Of a stretch of DNA of 64,000 nucleotides, positions 23,475 to 32,889 are shown piece after piece. Where the stretch lies: IMG/VR virus record IMGVR_UViG_3300021514_000002, positions 1 through 64,000 of that record. One strand, written 5' to 3'. Position 1 is the first letter of the stretch. Every line of letters starts with the position of its first letter. Origin of the DNA: a virus. Lineage: Duplodnaviria > Caudoviricetes. Both the position numbers and the translations under genes were made by a program. The notes beneath the pieces were generated by a model. The model saw nothing but the letters and a program-made list of their open reading frames with translations, was not told the origin of the DNA and made no database searches.

Positions 23475-23552
23475 TGGTCGGGAATGTAGGATTCGAACCT
23501 ACGGCCCCTCCGCCCCAAACGGAGTGCTCTGACCAGACTGAGCTAATTCCCG
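23475..23552 (-). tRNA. tRNA-Pro(TGG)
   Basis: CTCCG-TTTGGGG-CGGAG, C1-G72, CCA. Confidence 0.9.
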
Positions 23553-23594
23553 AAATATTATTACTAAAAATTATACATACTTTTCCTATCTTTT

Positions 23595-23758
23595 CAGGGA
23601 CCGGTTTTACGGTTCAATTACCCTCTTGGCTGGCACCATTCCGACACTACCGGTAGGTGAGTTCCGTTATATGGTTCGGGGGGAATTTCAACCCCTGCGA
23701 ATGATCATATAACCCGATTTTCTTGAAACTAACCTGTATCTAAGTGTTCTTCAGGTTA
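23595..23758 (-). ncRNA. Structured 5' leader of the tRNA array
   Basis: TAACCTG/CAGGTTA, GTTATATG/CATATAAC and GGGG/CCCC stems. Confidence 0.4.
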
Positions 23759-23814
23759 ATCTTGCATTTCTAACCACTTTTCACAACATATACTTGTTTT
23801 TCATGGTTTTTAAA

Positions 23815-23843
23815 ATTTTAACACTTTCTAAAACATTTGTCAA
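23815..23843 (-). promoter_or_regulatory. sigma70-like promoter at the head of the tRNA array
   Basis: TTGACA-N17-TAAAAT. Confidence 0.75.
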
Positions 23844-23885
23844 GCATTTTTTTAACTTTTTTAAAACTTTTTACTTCTTATAACG

Positions 23886-23922
23886 AAAAAAGGCTGAATC
23901 CTTTCGGGTTCAGCCTTTTGTG
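23886..23922 (-). terminator. Intrinsic terminator (attenuator hairpin)
   Basis: GGCTGAACCC-GAAA-GGATTCAGCC followed by T6. Confidence 0.85.
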
Positions 23923-23943
23923 TTTTCTTTTTGGTATCTACTT

Positions 23944-24090
23944 TTACATTATCTTAGTAGATCCCGTCACAAAAGGCTGCGTGTGTTCATAGCTGCGCGG
24001 ATCGAGTTGAAACGAGCCTAGACGCAATGATCCCATTCCACATAATATGGATTGTTGGTGCCATTGATGTTGTATAGATGAATGTCTCAT
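23944..24090 (-). CDS. Putative attenuator leader peptide (48 aa)
   Basis: AAGGT SD; MRHSSIQHQWHQQSILCGMGSLRLGSFQLDPRSYEHTQPFVTGSTKIM; codons 38-41 are the exact complement of the terminator 5' arm. Confidence 0.75.
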   Translation of the reverse strand: MRHSSIQHQWHQQSILCGMGSLRLGSFQLDPRSYEHTQPFVTGSTKIM

Positions 24091-24131
24091 TACTTTACCT
24101 TTTATGTGCCTTGCGGCGTTAATTTCAATGT

Positions 24132-24160
24132 ATCTTACTACTATATATAACCGATGTCAA
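24132..24160 (-). promoter_or_regulatory. sigma70-like promoter for the leader peptide
   Basis: TTGACA-N17-TAAGAT. Confidence 0.65.
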
Positions 24161-24199
24161 TAAAAACTTTTCGGTTTGCTTTAAATCTCTCAAGTCAGT

Positions 24200-24228
24200 A
24201 CTATATACCAACCTGAAATGGATGTCAA
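24200..24228 (-). promoter_or_regulatory. Second tandem sigma70-like promoter
   Basis: TTGACA-N17-TATAGT. Confidence 0.65.
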
Positions 24229-25121
24229 CACTTTTCTAAGAAATTTATTATAATTTTCCTATATTGTTCCTGACAATCGCCATGGTGGATAAACTTGGCG
24301 TACTGTGTCATTAGCGATATGAATTCTTCCTTGGTGTCTGGGTGTTGCATTTTGTCACCATATACTAACATAGTTTTTGGTGCGTATACAATAGGCGTAT
24401 CTTCATTATTCATATCTTTACTACCAACAAGAATAGTATCACCTAATCCCCACAGACTGCAATAGACAGTAACTTCTTTGTTGTTAATAGTTAACTGTCC
24501 TACATGCATAAGGTCACCCATAGTTCCATGAGGTTCACCACCCTGTTTATATTTGGTGTGCTTGTCGGATTGTAATATTGCAAGTATTAATGCTGGTACG
24601 ACAATCCAATTTGCATGTGCATCTATCACAGCGGCTGTTATCGCATCAGTTACACCTCGTGTGTCTTCAAATCCTTTTACATCAATATTTATTTCTGTAG
24701 CGTACTGGCCAATAAGGTGTAAGAATACGGCTACTATTTCTATTTCTATTTCAGTGGAACACGCATAATTTATTTCGCATTCAAGATCTAATCCAGATTG
24801 CGTTTCAAGTTCTTTATCGCTTGGTCTACATGGATAACCACATTGAAGTGGTCTTGTATCAACTTCCACTTCATATTCAAGTCCACTAGATTTAATGGTT
24901 GGAATTTCTTCGCTCGTGATTGGCTGTATACCAATGATATTACCAAGGGGAAAACGGCTTAGTATACGTCGTACTATAACAGCAGCATTGTCCATGACGT
25001 TTTTATTTTCTTTGTTTTTATCGGTAAAATGATATTGAAGTTGATTTTTTAAAATAGTTTCTTTGATATTATTATGGTCATTTATATCTTCCATTAATAC
25101 ATCAAGTGTTTCTTTGTACAT
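24225..25121 (-). CDS. Divergent, shortened T4 gp23/gp24-like capsid protein paralog
   Basis: IIGIQPI, RPL..GY..., GLDLE.EI....STEIEIEI, ANWIVV, ILVGSK, IVYAP, SLMTQYA echo gp23 motifs in order. Confidence 0.6.
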   Translation of the reverse strand: MYKETLDVLMEDINDHNNIKETILKNQLQYHFTDKNKENKNVMDNAAVIVRRILSRFPLGNIIGIQPITSEEIPTIKSSGLEYEVEVDTRPLQCGYPCRPSDKELETQSGLDLECEINYACSTEIEIEIVAVFLHLIGQYATEINIDVKGFEDTRGVTDAITAAVIDAHANWIVVPALILAILQSDKHTKYKQGGEPHGTMGDLMHVGQLTINNKEVTVYCSLWGLGDTILVGSKDMNNEDTPIVYAPKTMLVYGDKMQHPDTKEEFISLMTQYAKFIHHGDCQEQYRKIIINFLEKC

Positions 25122-25145
25122 TATATTATCCTTTATAGTTTATTT

Positions 25146-25496
25146 TTATTTATTATTAGGATTTTTTCGGTTTTTATCATCCTTGATTTTCTTCAAACGA
25201 TACCCGTTACGACTCGTATGTGGTATGCTTCTTGGTTTTTCAAAAGACACGCCTTGGTAATCTTTTTTCTTTTTAGACCATTTACCGTAAGTTTCTTTAC
25301 AATCATTACAGGCAGCAACGATTTCTTCATTCTCTTCATCGTAATATGCGTTTGCGTCAGGAAAGCGAGTTTTAATATCCGCAACCCAATTTTCATAATT
25401 GTTATACCATAGAGTCTTCTTGGCTCTAGACTTTGGAGTCTTTGGTACTGGTTTATAATATTTGTTCTTGTATTCAAGAAGATCCATTACTTTCAT
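25146..25496 (-). CDS. Hypothetical protein
   Basis: ATGA-coupled ORF. Confidence 0.7.
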   Translation of the reverse strand: MKVMDLLEYKNKYYKPVPKTPKSRAKKTLWYNNYENWVADIKTRFPDANAYYDEENEEIVAACNDCKETYGKWSKKKKDYQGVSFEKPRSIPHTSRNGYRLKKIKDDKNRKNPNNK

Positions 25497-25681
25497 GTTT
25501 TTTCCAGTGCAGTAAGCATTATTGTCATTGGTTTTTTTATTTCATCGAATTTAACACTAGCCGATGAAGAATTAATATTTATAATTTTTCCGCGCAAGTC
25601 AGCATATTTAGAATTTATATCTTTAACTTTAACGTTATCACCATACTGTAATATTGATTCAGAAATGTCAGATAATTTCAT
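25493..25681 (-). CDS. Small KOW/SH3-like protein
   Basis: GDNVKV....LRGKII pattern. Confidence 0.55.
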   Translation of the reverse strand: MKLSDISESILQYGDNVKVKDINSKYADLRGKIININSSSASVKFDEIKKPMTIMLTALEKT

Positions 25682-25690
25682 ACTTGTGTT

Positions 25691-26008
25691 TTACCGTTGA
25701 CGATCAGGGTTTCCCATCTCGCCCTGTCGCATAGAATAGTCAGTATAATCTTCATATTTTGTTACGCCAACAAAATCAGGATACTCTATTTCAAGATCAT
25801 ATTGATCATCAATTTCATCATGTAATGCCATATATGCATCTTTATCATTTTTCACAATATCGGCGAAGCGCTCTGCAGAAATACCTTTTTGGTATATACC
25901 ATAGAGTATATAATCACTAATATCACTTTTGCCGATGAGTCGGTTTATTGCAACCGAATAATTATTGAATGACATATTATTTTCATTTAATATTTCAATT
26001 ATTTTCAT
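25691..26008 (-). CDS. Hypothetical protein
   Basis: Tightly packed ORF. Confidence 0.65.
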   Translation of the reverse strand: MKIIEILNENNMSFNNYSVAINRLIGKSDISDYILYGIYQKGISAERFADIVKNDKDAYMALHDEIDDQYDLEIEYPDFVGVTKYEDYTDYSMRQGEMGNPDRQR

Positions 26009-26461
26009 TTAATAATGACCTTGTTGATTTTTCCATTCTGTTGCATCGTCGGAATCTTTCCAGTTATCAAATTCTTCGGCAGCATCAACAAGTTCTTTTG
26101 TTAAGGAATATAATTTATTAAATTGTATTAAAGGGGTATCATTAGAATCCTGTAACTGTTCAAATTTCTTATATAGATTATTAAATTCATCATTGTCAAG
26201 ATAAGCACCGGGATGAAGTTTTTCCTGCCATGTTTGCAACATCTCATCACCCTGTTGGTTAAGTTTAGTACTTTTCTTAACCGCCACTGCAACAATTTTC
26301 TTAACAAGTTCAGGATCAAACTCGTCCATTGAAGTTCTGTCGTTATTGAACTCATGGGACATTTTATCGTTTATTTGTTCTTCTTCTTCTGCTCTTCGTC
26401 TTACTTCACGGCGTTTGGCAAGGTAAGGATCGTGGGTCGGTAAAAATTCATTAAGTAACAT
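26009..26461 (-). CDS. Hypothetical protein
   Basis: GAGG SD, tightly packed ORF. Confidence 0.7.
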   Translation of the reverse strand: MLLNEFLPTHDPYLAKRREVRRRAEEEEQINDKMSHEFNNDRTSMDEFDPELVKKIVAVAVKKSTKLNQQGDEMLQTWQEKLHPGAYLDNDEFNNLYKKFEQLQDSNDTPLIQFNKLYSLTKELVDAAEEFDNWKDSDDATEWKNQQGHY

Positions 26462-26474
26462 AGTAATTCCTCAA

Positions 26475-27269
26475 TTATGCTGGTACGCTATCGTCGTACA
26501 TTATTAACCAAGCAGCAACACCATGATTGAAATAAATATCATTTACTGTGCTCGCTCCCCTTGTTGGTTTATTTGGTACAGTACGAAGTTTTCCAATAAG
26601 CAATGACGTGTATGTTTGATATCCATCACGGAAATTTAAATCAAAAACATCTTCAATAGTAGAAACACCGACACGCTTTTCTTTCAATCCTACGTATCCT
26701 ATTGTTGCTTTGAAAAGAGATCCACCTGCAATTTTTATTACTTGCCCGGCACCCGTTGCAACTGTTGTAATCTCAATGTTACCATTAAAGATATTTGCAA
26801 TCAATGTACTTGCTACCTCGGGAGAGCCTGTTACAGGAAATACGGCATTGATAGCGGCTACTAAATTAGTAAACGTATCACCATTAGTTCCATTTATGGT
26901 GTAAGTTGTTGTAGTATCATTTAGTGTAATTAGGAAAGTATAGTCTACGCCTGCGGTTAATCCTGTCGCATCGCCACCACTAACTGATTCATTATAATCA
27001 ACCGTATGGTATCCGGCGCTTGCTACAAAACCTGTTACAGCCGTGGTTTCTGTTAGGGTAGGCGAACCTACTGTACGGTTGGCATATCCCATGATCAAGT
27101 CATGTACGCGCTGTCTGTCGTAACTATCAAGGAAATCCCATCTAATGTTTCGTTTGTCGCCCGTAACCGCAGGTGAACCTGAGTTATCTGCCAATAAAAC
27201 AGCAGGGAACTGTTGTTCGTCCCAATAGAAGTATTCGTTAGTTAAGTAATCTGGATTTGGTAATGGCAT
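26475..27269 (-). CDS. Probable virion structural protein
   Basis: T/G/A-rich beta-like composition; downstream of a late promoter. Confidence 0.55.
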   Translation of the reverse strand: MPLPNPDYLTNEYFYWDEQQFPAVLLADNSGSPAVTGDKRNIRWDFLDSYDRQRVHDLIMGYANRTVGSPTLTETTAVTGFVASAGYHTVDYNESVSGGDATGLTAGVDYTFLITLNDTTTTYTINGTNGDTFTNLVAAINAVFPVTGSPEVASTLIANIFNGNIEITTVATGAGQVIKIAGGSLFKATIGYVGLKEKRVGVSTIEDVFDLNFRDGYQTYTSLLIGKLRTVPNKPTRGASTVNDIYFNHGVAAWLIMYDDSVPA

Positions 27270-27284
27270 TTATTTCTCCTAAAA

Positions 27285-28427
27285 TTATTTCAATGTATTA
27301 CGTGGGCCGGTGATTGGATACTGTTTACCGACTTCACTCATGTAGCTTTTCAAGGAACGGGTTTCGCCACCATTGGTTAAGAATTTCCAAACATTGGTTG
27401 GGATTTTGTGAAGCATTGGTCCCATTAATGTTTGTGCAAATATCTGTGCTTGTTTAATATCATAGCGGGTGCCTTTCTCAAGGTGACCAAGAAGGTCTTC
27501 AAATGCGCGCGCTAAATCTTTGTAGAAATAACTAGCATCCTTATCGCGTACATCGAGTTTATCTGCTTCTTTTCTTGCGCTTTCTATTTCAGTGCGAAGA
27601 GCCTGTTTAATACCATTTGGTACTTTTACTACTGTACTAAGATCATCGCCTGATTTATCTTGTTTAGAATTATCTTGCTGATCCATAGTTTTTAATTGTG
27701 TAGGACTTTCGTTTTTCAATTTTTCTTCTTCCTCATCCCAAACCTGTTCATCGTTGGTAGTTCCATCGGCGACATTGATAGGTTTTTTCTTATCCTCATG
27801 TCCGTCATATTGCACACCATAATAATGCATAGCTTCTTCAAGTCTAGTATCCATTATTTCAGTAAGTGCAGCCAGTGCGTTTTCGCGTATCATCGCATCA
27901 GGATTTGCTAATTTCAATGCAGCAACTGCAACATTTAATTGGTCGCGTTGAATGTCCGACAAACTGTTGATGAAATCACCAATATCTTCATCTTCTTGCA
28001 TTTCGCATTCTTCTTGGCCTGCTTCTAATTCAGCATATGTTTCTTCTTCCTCTTCCTTGCGTTTAGTCTTCTTGCCTTCGCCATCAAATTTTCGCAAATC
28101 GGAAGTGATCATTTCAAGATAGGATTCCATTCCATCATCGCCACCAGTATCTAGTAAATCTTCTAATTCACCAATAAATCGTGGGACATCACCAGAAAAG
28201 TCGGTTGCAGGGATTTTCTCAAGGGCAGCTACTGCAGCTTGAATATGTTTAACAGCTTGTTCTACGCCACGTTTTTTAGCTTTTAACGATTTACCATCGA
28301 CTTGCTTTAGGTCTGTTTTACGTCGCGGGGTTTCGCGGGCTTCGGTAACTACTACCTTTTCTGTAACTTCAATGCTTGGATCGATAGGGATACCAGCATT
28401 AAGACGTAGTTTATTCAGTTGTTTCAT
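27285..28427 (-). CDS. Acidic hypothetical protein, possibly virion-associated
   Basis: 380-aa ORF; TATAAATA at about 28463-28470. Confidence 0.7.
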   Translation of the reverse strand: MKQLNKLRLNAGIPIDPSIEVTEKVVVTEARETPRRKTDLKQVDGKSLKAKKRGVEQAVKHIQAAVAALEKIPATDFSGDVPRFIGELEDLLDTGGDDGMESYLEMITSDLRKFDGEGKKTKRKEEEEETYAELEAGQEECEMQEDEDIGDFINSLSDIQRDQLNVAVAALKLANPDAMIRENALAALTEIMDTRLEEAMHYYGVQYDGHEDKKKPINVADGTTNDEQVWDEEEEKLKNESPTQLKTMDQQDNSKQDKSGDDLSTVVKVPNGIKQALRTEIESARKEADKLDVRDKDASYFYKDLARAFEDLLGHLEKGTRYDIKQAQIFAQTLMGPMLHKIPTNVWKFLTNGGETRSLKSYMSEVGKQYPITGPRNTLK

Positions 28428-28490
28428 TGGTGAACTCCATGATTATTCATATATGTGTATTGTATTTATACATGTTTACCATGAAGTGAC

Positions 28491-28519
28491 AAAAATGCCC
28501 CGTACAGGACGGGGCATTT
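28491..28519 (-). terminator. Intrinsic terminator
   Basis: ATGCCCCGT/ACGGGGCAT stem with T tract. Confidence 0.8.
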
Positions 28520-28602
28520 ATTTAATTAAAAAATTGCTAATTTAGGCAAAGATTAAGAAAAGTCCAACGACGCCATCCAATTACACAATTTTAACCTAAA
28601 TG

Positions 28603-29316
28603 TCAACCCCAATATCCATATATTAGTGGCCGTAATTGGTAGATATATTTGTCATCTGTGAATATTTTAAGGTATTTTATCAATTCTACCAGTTCAGCAG
28701 GGATGATAGGAACGATGTAGGCATCCAATTCTTCTTTAGTAGCTACGCCAACCGATTTTAGCATCAATTCAGGAGATTTCATCTGTTTGAGACCTAAATT
28801 ACGTATAGTATTATGCGCTTGATATTGCATGTTAGTCAAACGAGTAGGTGGTATTGTCTTAATATTGATATATGCTTCCCAAGGCCATAATGGACGATCT
28901 ATTTTTATTACGCTTTCTGCGATTCCGCCATCTTTTGAATGGTTAGCTGGATCGTAATAATCTATCATATCGTCGTATCTTGTCCAATTTTTAATAGACG
29001 TTGGTGGTATAAAAAGTATCACTTCTGGATTACCGAATTCCATATCATAAACGACAGAATGGTAAAGTTCTGTCATCATCGGTTCAATTTGGCGTTTCAA
29101 TAATAGTAAATCAAACTGATCAAAATCCTCATTACCCAATTCTTCAATTCTACTATTAATATATTCGGTGAATCCATTGCGAGTAAAAGCATTTTCACCC
29201 TCGAACATGTAGCCATTTGGATTAAAACGCGGATCGTTTTTTAAACTCCAACTATCTTCGTCTGCTATAACATCAGTCAAACCATATCCAATCGCCTTGT
29301 GAATTCTAATTCCCAT
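28603..29316 (-). CDS. Hypothetical protein
   Basis: Intact 237-aa ORF. Confidence 0.75.
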   Translation of the reverse strand: MGIRIHKAIGYGLTDVIADEDSWSLKNDPRFNPNGYMFEGENAFTRNGFTEYINSRIEELGNEDFDQFDLLLLKRQIEPMMTELYHSVVYDMEFGNPEVILFIPPTSIKNWTRYDDMIDYYDPANHSKDGGIAESVIKIDRPLWPWEAYINIKTIPPTRLTNMQYQAHNTIRNLGLKQMKSPELMLKSVGVATKEELDAYIVPIIPAELVELIKYLKIFTDDKYIYQLRPLIYGYWG

Positions 29317-29318
29317 TA

Positions 29319-30296
29319 CTATTCCTCTAGATCTGAAAGGTCAGATAAGGCTTCTTTTGTTATCATGACCTTCATTTTCTTTTTCATTTTAACAACATTT
29401 GGAGGCGTCTTTTTTATTTCAATAAGGGCGTCTTCGAGAGCTTTTTTAAATTCTTTCAATTTTTCATCTTTATATGTGATAATTTCATTAACATCGCCAC
29501 GTATATTTTCACAATCTTCGACAAAATTTTCAAAAGTAATTTTTTTAAGAACGTCCATAGAACCAAAAACGTAATTCAATGATGGGTCATTTTCATTTTC
29601 AGTGACATCGATAACAAAAACACTATCCCATTCGTTTTGTTTTTCTGCGTGTAAATTATTCAACCAATTATTACTAAATTCGTGTATTTGTTCGTGCCAG
29701 CCTTCTAATCCATTGGCATCTAAACGTTTATCCCACTGATAACCACCAAGTGACATCTTTCCATCATTTTCACCAGAAACATATTCATATGGTATTTCTT
29801 CAGCCATCCAATCAAGTGCAAATTCTTCCAAGCCCCAAAATAACCACATTTCCATACTAAAAAGATTTAAATAATGAAATTTTTCATCAACGAAGGCGCG
29901 CGCCCAACTATTAAATCTGTTGTATAATTCATCAGCCTTATAGTCAACAAAGAAATCATCGTCAACTAAAGCAGACTCTTGGTATTCGTGGTAGTACTCA
30001 TTATATTCATATAAATTCTTATATGATAGAATCTTTTCGTTCCAATCAAATTCATTCAACATGAAACTATTCTTACCAATTCCATGATACGGAAGTACTG
30101 TTGTGTTATATTGAAGAATTAGACTCTCCGAATCATTTTCATCCGCCGCTATACCTAAATCTTTATAGACAAATGCTTGAATTTTTTCATCCAACTCACT
30201 ATGCTCTTGCAACTTAAATAGGTTCTGATCTTCTTCCGTCATCGTGAAGAAGTCGTTATGGTGTTTCATTAATGCTCTTGTTAATATACTATTCAT
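29319..30296 (-). CDS. Hypothetical protein ending TAG-TAA
   Basis: Intact 325-aa ORF. Confidence 0.75.
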   Translation of the reverse strand: MNSILTRALMKHHNDFFTMTEEDQNLFKLQEHSELDEKIQAFVYKDLGIAADENDSESLILQYNTTVLPYHGIGKNSFMLNEFDWNEKILSYKNLYEYNEYYHEYQESALVDDDFFVDYKADELYNRFNSWARAFVDEKFHYLNLFSMEMWLFWGLEEFALDWMAEEIPYEYVSGENDGKMSLGGYQWDKRLDANGLEGWHEQIHEFSNNWLNNLHAEKQNEWDSVFVIDVTENENDPSLNYVFGSMDVLKKITFENFVEDCENIRGDVNEIITYKDEKLKEFKKALEDALIEIKKTPPNVVKMKKKMKVMITKEALSDLSDLEE

Positions 30297-30300
30297 AATT

Positions 30301-30552
30301 TTACTCCACGAAAATTATAACTTCTTCTGTGATTGTACCAGTAAATGGCATTTTTTCAAACTCGGCGTTAGTGGCTTCTCTTCCTGCTTCGGCCATTCCA
30401 ACTAATCGTTTTTCGGGGTCGTTTATTGCCCTGTAAATTGCATCAAATAATGCTTGTTCATTATTAGATGTTGCAACACGGTCGATATTGATTACACCAC
30501 CCCATGGATCGCGTTCTTCTACCACAATACCCAACACTAAAATATATTTCAT
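30301..30552 (-). CDS. Hypothetical protein
   Basis: ATGA-coupled ORF. Confidence 0.65.
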   Translation of the reverse strand: MKYILVLGIVVEERDPWGGVINIDRVATSNNEQALFDAIYRAINDPEKRLVGMAEAGREATNAEFEKMPFTGTITEEVIIFVE

Positions 30553-31088
30553 GTTGTTTTCTCCATTTCTTCTTTAATGTAATCTTCTGCCAAACCAATA
30601 CCAACTTTTCTATACATCAAAGTAATAGCAGCGAGACAAATAACCCATCCTGTTCCAGTAAACCAAAAACCAGAACCAATACAAAGAAATCCTGCAAATG
30701 TTCCCACACCCAAGCGTACCTTTGTCCACCATCTAAGTACAGGAAATAATGGATCGCCACTATTGTCAACTATGGTATTTGGTGTTATATTCGTTTCACC
30801 GCTCTTAATCGTATCTTTAATACTTTTCTTGATCGTCTTTTCAAACACATCATCATAAAAAACAACCGCAGCAAGAATTATACTTAACATAAAATATACG
30901 ACCCCAAGTAGCCACAACATATTTCCGAATATATCAGCTGTAGTAATGAATGGCGTTGGTATGGTGGGGAATAAACTCAATCCAAGAGCTGCTTCGGATG
31001 GATCAAATAAAAACGTAAATGTGACAATTAAGAATATCATATTACCAACTATATTTCGTGTCATGTTTCGCATAAGAGTTCCTGGCAT
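30549..31088 (-). CDS. Membrane protein
   Basis: Several hydrophobic segments. Confidence 0.65.
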   Translation of the reverse strand: MPGTLMRNMTRNIVGNMIFLIVTFTFLFDPSEAALGLSLFPTIPTPFITTADIFGNMLWLLGVVYFMLSIILAAVVFYDDVFEKTIKKSIKDTIKSGETNITPNTIVDNSGDPLFPVLRWWTKVRLGVGTFAGFLCIGSGFWFTGTGWVICLAAITLMYRKVGIGLAEDYIKEEMEKTT

Positions 31089-31654
31089 TGTTTTGCGTTA
31101 TCAAAAATTTGTAAAAATTTATTACCATCGGTGTGTGTGTCAACACTAATCATAGTGTAATCGTCCGTACGATATACGTACTTAGGAAGGAATCGTTGTG
31201 TATAGATTTCGCGTTCGTAGTAATCACCAACCTCTAAGTCTTCTAAGTTTTCTTTTTCTTCCGCAAAGCGGACAAAGCCAGAATCTTCATCGACATACCA
31301 GAAGTAATCACGGGCATCTTCTAGTGGAATTTTCACCCAATCTTCAACGTATCCAAAATATGAATGCATCGCCCGTTCCGAATTAAAGAAATTATCGATA
31401 CGTGCTGCTGCACCGTTGTCTTCGCTTGAACGACGATTCATTTGTTGCTCGAGTAATTCAACAGCCAACCCCTGTTCTTTTAATGTATTAAGTCTTACCT
31501 GTGTTACTACATCATCAGGCAACTCATCAAATATTACTGGGTTATATTGTACGTCAACGCCCGCATCTTCTAATGTCTTTTTAATAATTGATGTGATGGT
31601 ACTTTTCCCACCACCTGTTGATGCTGCTACTGTAACTAATACTGTTTTATTCAT
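31061..31654 (-). CDS. Hypothetical protein with N-terminal P-loop-like motif
   Basis: ASTGGGKST; ATG overlaps upstream stop. Confidence 0.6.
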   Translation of the reverse strand: MNKTVLVTVAASTGGGKSTITSIIKKTLEDAGVDVQYNPVIFDELPDDVVTQVRLNTLKEQGLAVELLEQQMNRRSSEDNGAAARIDNFFNSERAMHSYFGYVEDWVKIPLEDARDYFWYVDEDSGFVRFAEEKENLEDLEVGDYYEREIYTQRFLPKYVYRTDDYTMISVDTHTDGNKFLQIFDNAKQCQELLCET

Positions 31655-32561
31655 TTTCTTCACCATAATAATTTTTAACAATTTCTGCAGATTTTAAAGT
31701 TAAGTTAGCGCACAATTCTTGGTAACTAGTGTCGTCATTTTGTGAACCAACACCTGAAGGAACAACCCAAGATTTTCTTGCGCCGTTCATGAAATATGAC
31801 AATATACTAAGACGAACAGCATTATCAAGCATATCGTCATAATCTTCATGGTTTTCTTCCCGCATGTCAAATAACGATTCAATTACGTGTAAAGGATAAT
31901 CTATACCAAGAGTGCCTTGTCCACGATACGCAAGTAAATCACCAACCATCGTTTCGCCTATCGTTCCATCCATTCTCCAAGAACGTCTTCTAAAATCATT
32001 AGGATCTAAGGTAAGCAGCTCGTCTATATCTTTGGTAAATTGTGCATATTCTTTTACTAAATCATTATACCCTGTGTAGTAGGTCACATGTTGTTCTCGA
32101 TCCCAATTTTCAAATGTTATGTTATTAATAATACCATCATATACTTCTTTGCGAATAACAATATGTTTAATACGAACCCCATCGCGCATGTCATGCATCA
32201 TTTTTTGGTTTATAATAAACAGTCTACCTTCATGATCAAGTTCAAATAATTTATCTACATCAAAATCATCTTTTCTTGCGGGAATATCATGATATTCGTT
32301 TTCGCCCACTTCCATTTCAAGAAGATGATGTTGTAGTGATTCTAATAGTGTTTTGAGCGCTACACCTTCACAATTTTCTACAGCACCATAATCGTCGTAA
32401 TCGCCTGAAAAGGTAAACGGCATCGGCAAATGATATGCATCAGGATGACAAAATGAAGAGTCATCATATCCAACTCTACTTTTCAATAAAACAACTTCAA
32501 CCTTTTCACCAGCATAAATTGGTAAATTAGTAATTGCACATGTATGATTCCAACAACCCAT
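31647..32561 (-). CDS. Hypothetical protein
   Basis: MGCWN.TC..TNLPI..G start; 304 aa. Confidence 0.75.
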   Translation of the reverse strand: MGCWNHTCAITNLPIYAGEKVEVVLLKSRVGYDDSSFCHPDAYHLPMPFTFSGDYDDYGAVENCEGVALKTLLESLQHHLLEMEVGENEYHDIPARKDDFDVDKLFELDHEGRLFIINQKMMHDMRDGVRIKHIVIRKEVYDGIINNITFENWDREQHVTYYTGYNDLVKEYAQFTKDIDELLTLDPNDFRRRSWRMDGTIGETMVGDLLAYRGQGTLGIDYPLHVIESLFDMREENHEDYDDMLDNAVRLSILSYFMNGARKSWVVPSGVGSQNDDTSYQELCANLTLKSAEIVKNYYGEENE

Positions 32562-32562
32562 A

Positions 32563-32889
32563 TTATTCTCCCTTACCCATTTCAGTAACTATTTGTTGAT
32601 CGCAATCCATCCAGACCCGATTAATATTTTTCAATAAACCAATAGCATTATCTAACCTAACCATTGGTTTTCGTTGTTCTCTTGTTACGATGGCCAAATG
32701 ACATAACCTATTGCCAATTTCTGTAATAATGCCTTTGCATTTCATTCCTGCTACGTGATACTTTTCACCACCATGAGGAATAACAATTATACTATTTTCA
32801 TCAACCACATCCCCGTTATCTGGAAAGCATAATTTGCCTGTTATTTCAAGCCCAGATCCTGTGATAATGTCTACATCAAATACGTTCAT
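32563..32889 (-). CDS. PEP-utilising enzyme mobile (swivel His) domain protein
   Basis: GIITEIGNRLCHLAIVTRE. Confidence 0.7.
   Translation of the reverse strand: MNVFDVDIITGSGLEITGKLCFPDNGDVVDENSIIVIPHGGEKYHVAGMKCKGIITEIGNRLCHLAIVTREQRKPMVRLDNAIGLLKNINRVWMDCDQQIVTEMGKGE

Noticed and set aside
2171-23552. Amber/opal suppressor, Sec or Pyl tRNA; theta (HDV-like) ribozymes after tRNAs
   Set aside because: No CTA or TCA anticodon found; sequences 3' of tRNAs do not show a recognisable HDV nested pseudoknot.
2152-23656. ORF-track entries overlapping tRNAs (e.g. 2152-2358, 11679-12020, 16949-17212, 22995-23426, 23282-23518) and the many plus-strand shadow ORFs
   Set aside because: Antisense or read-through of tRNA genes and of real minus-strand genes; no RBS and no motifs.
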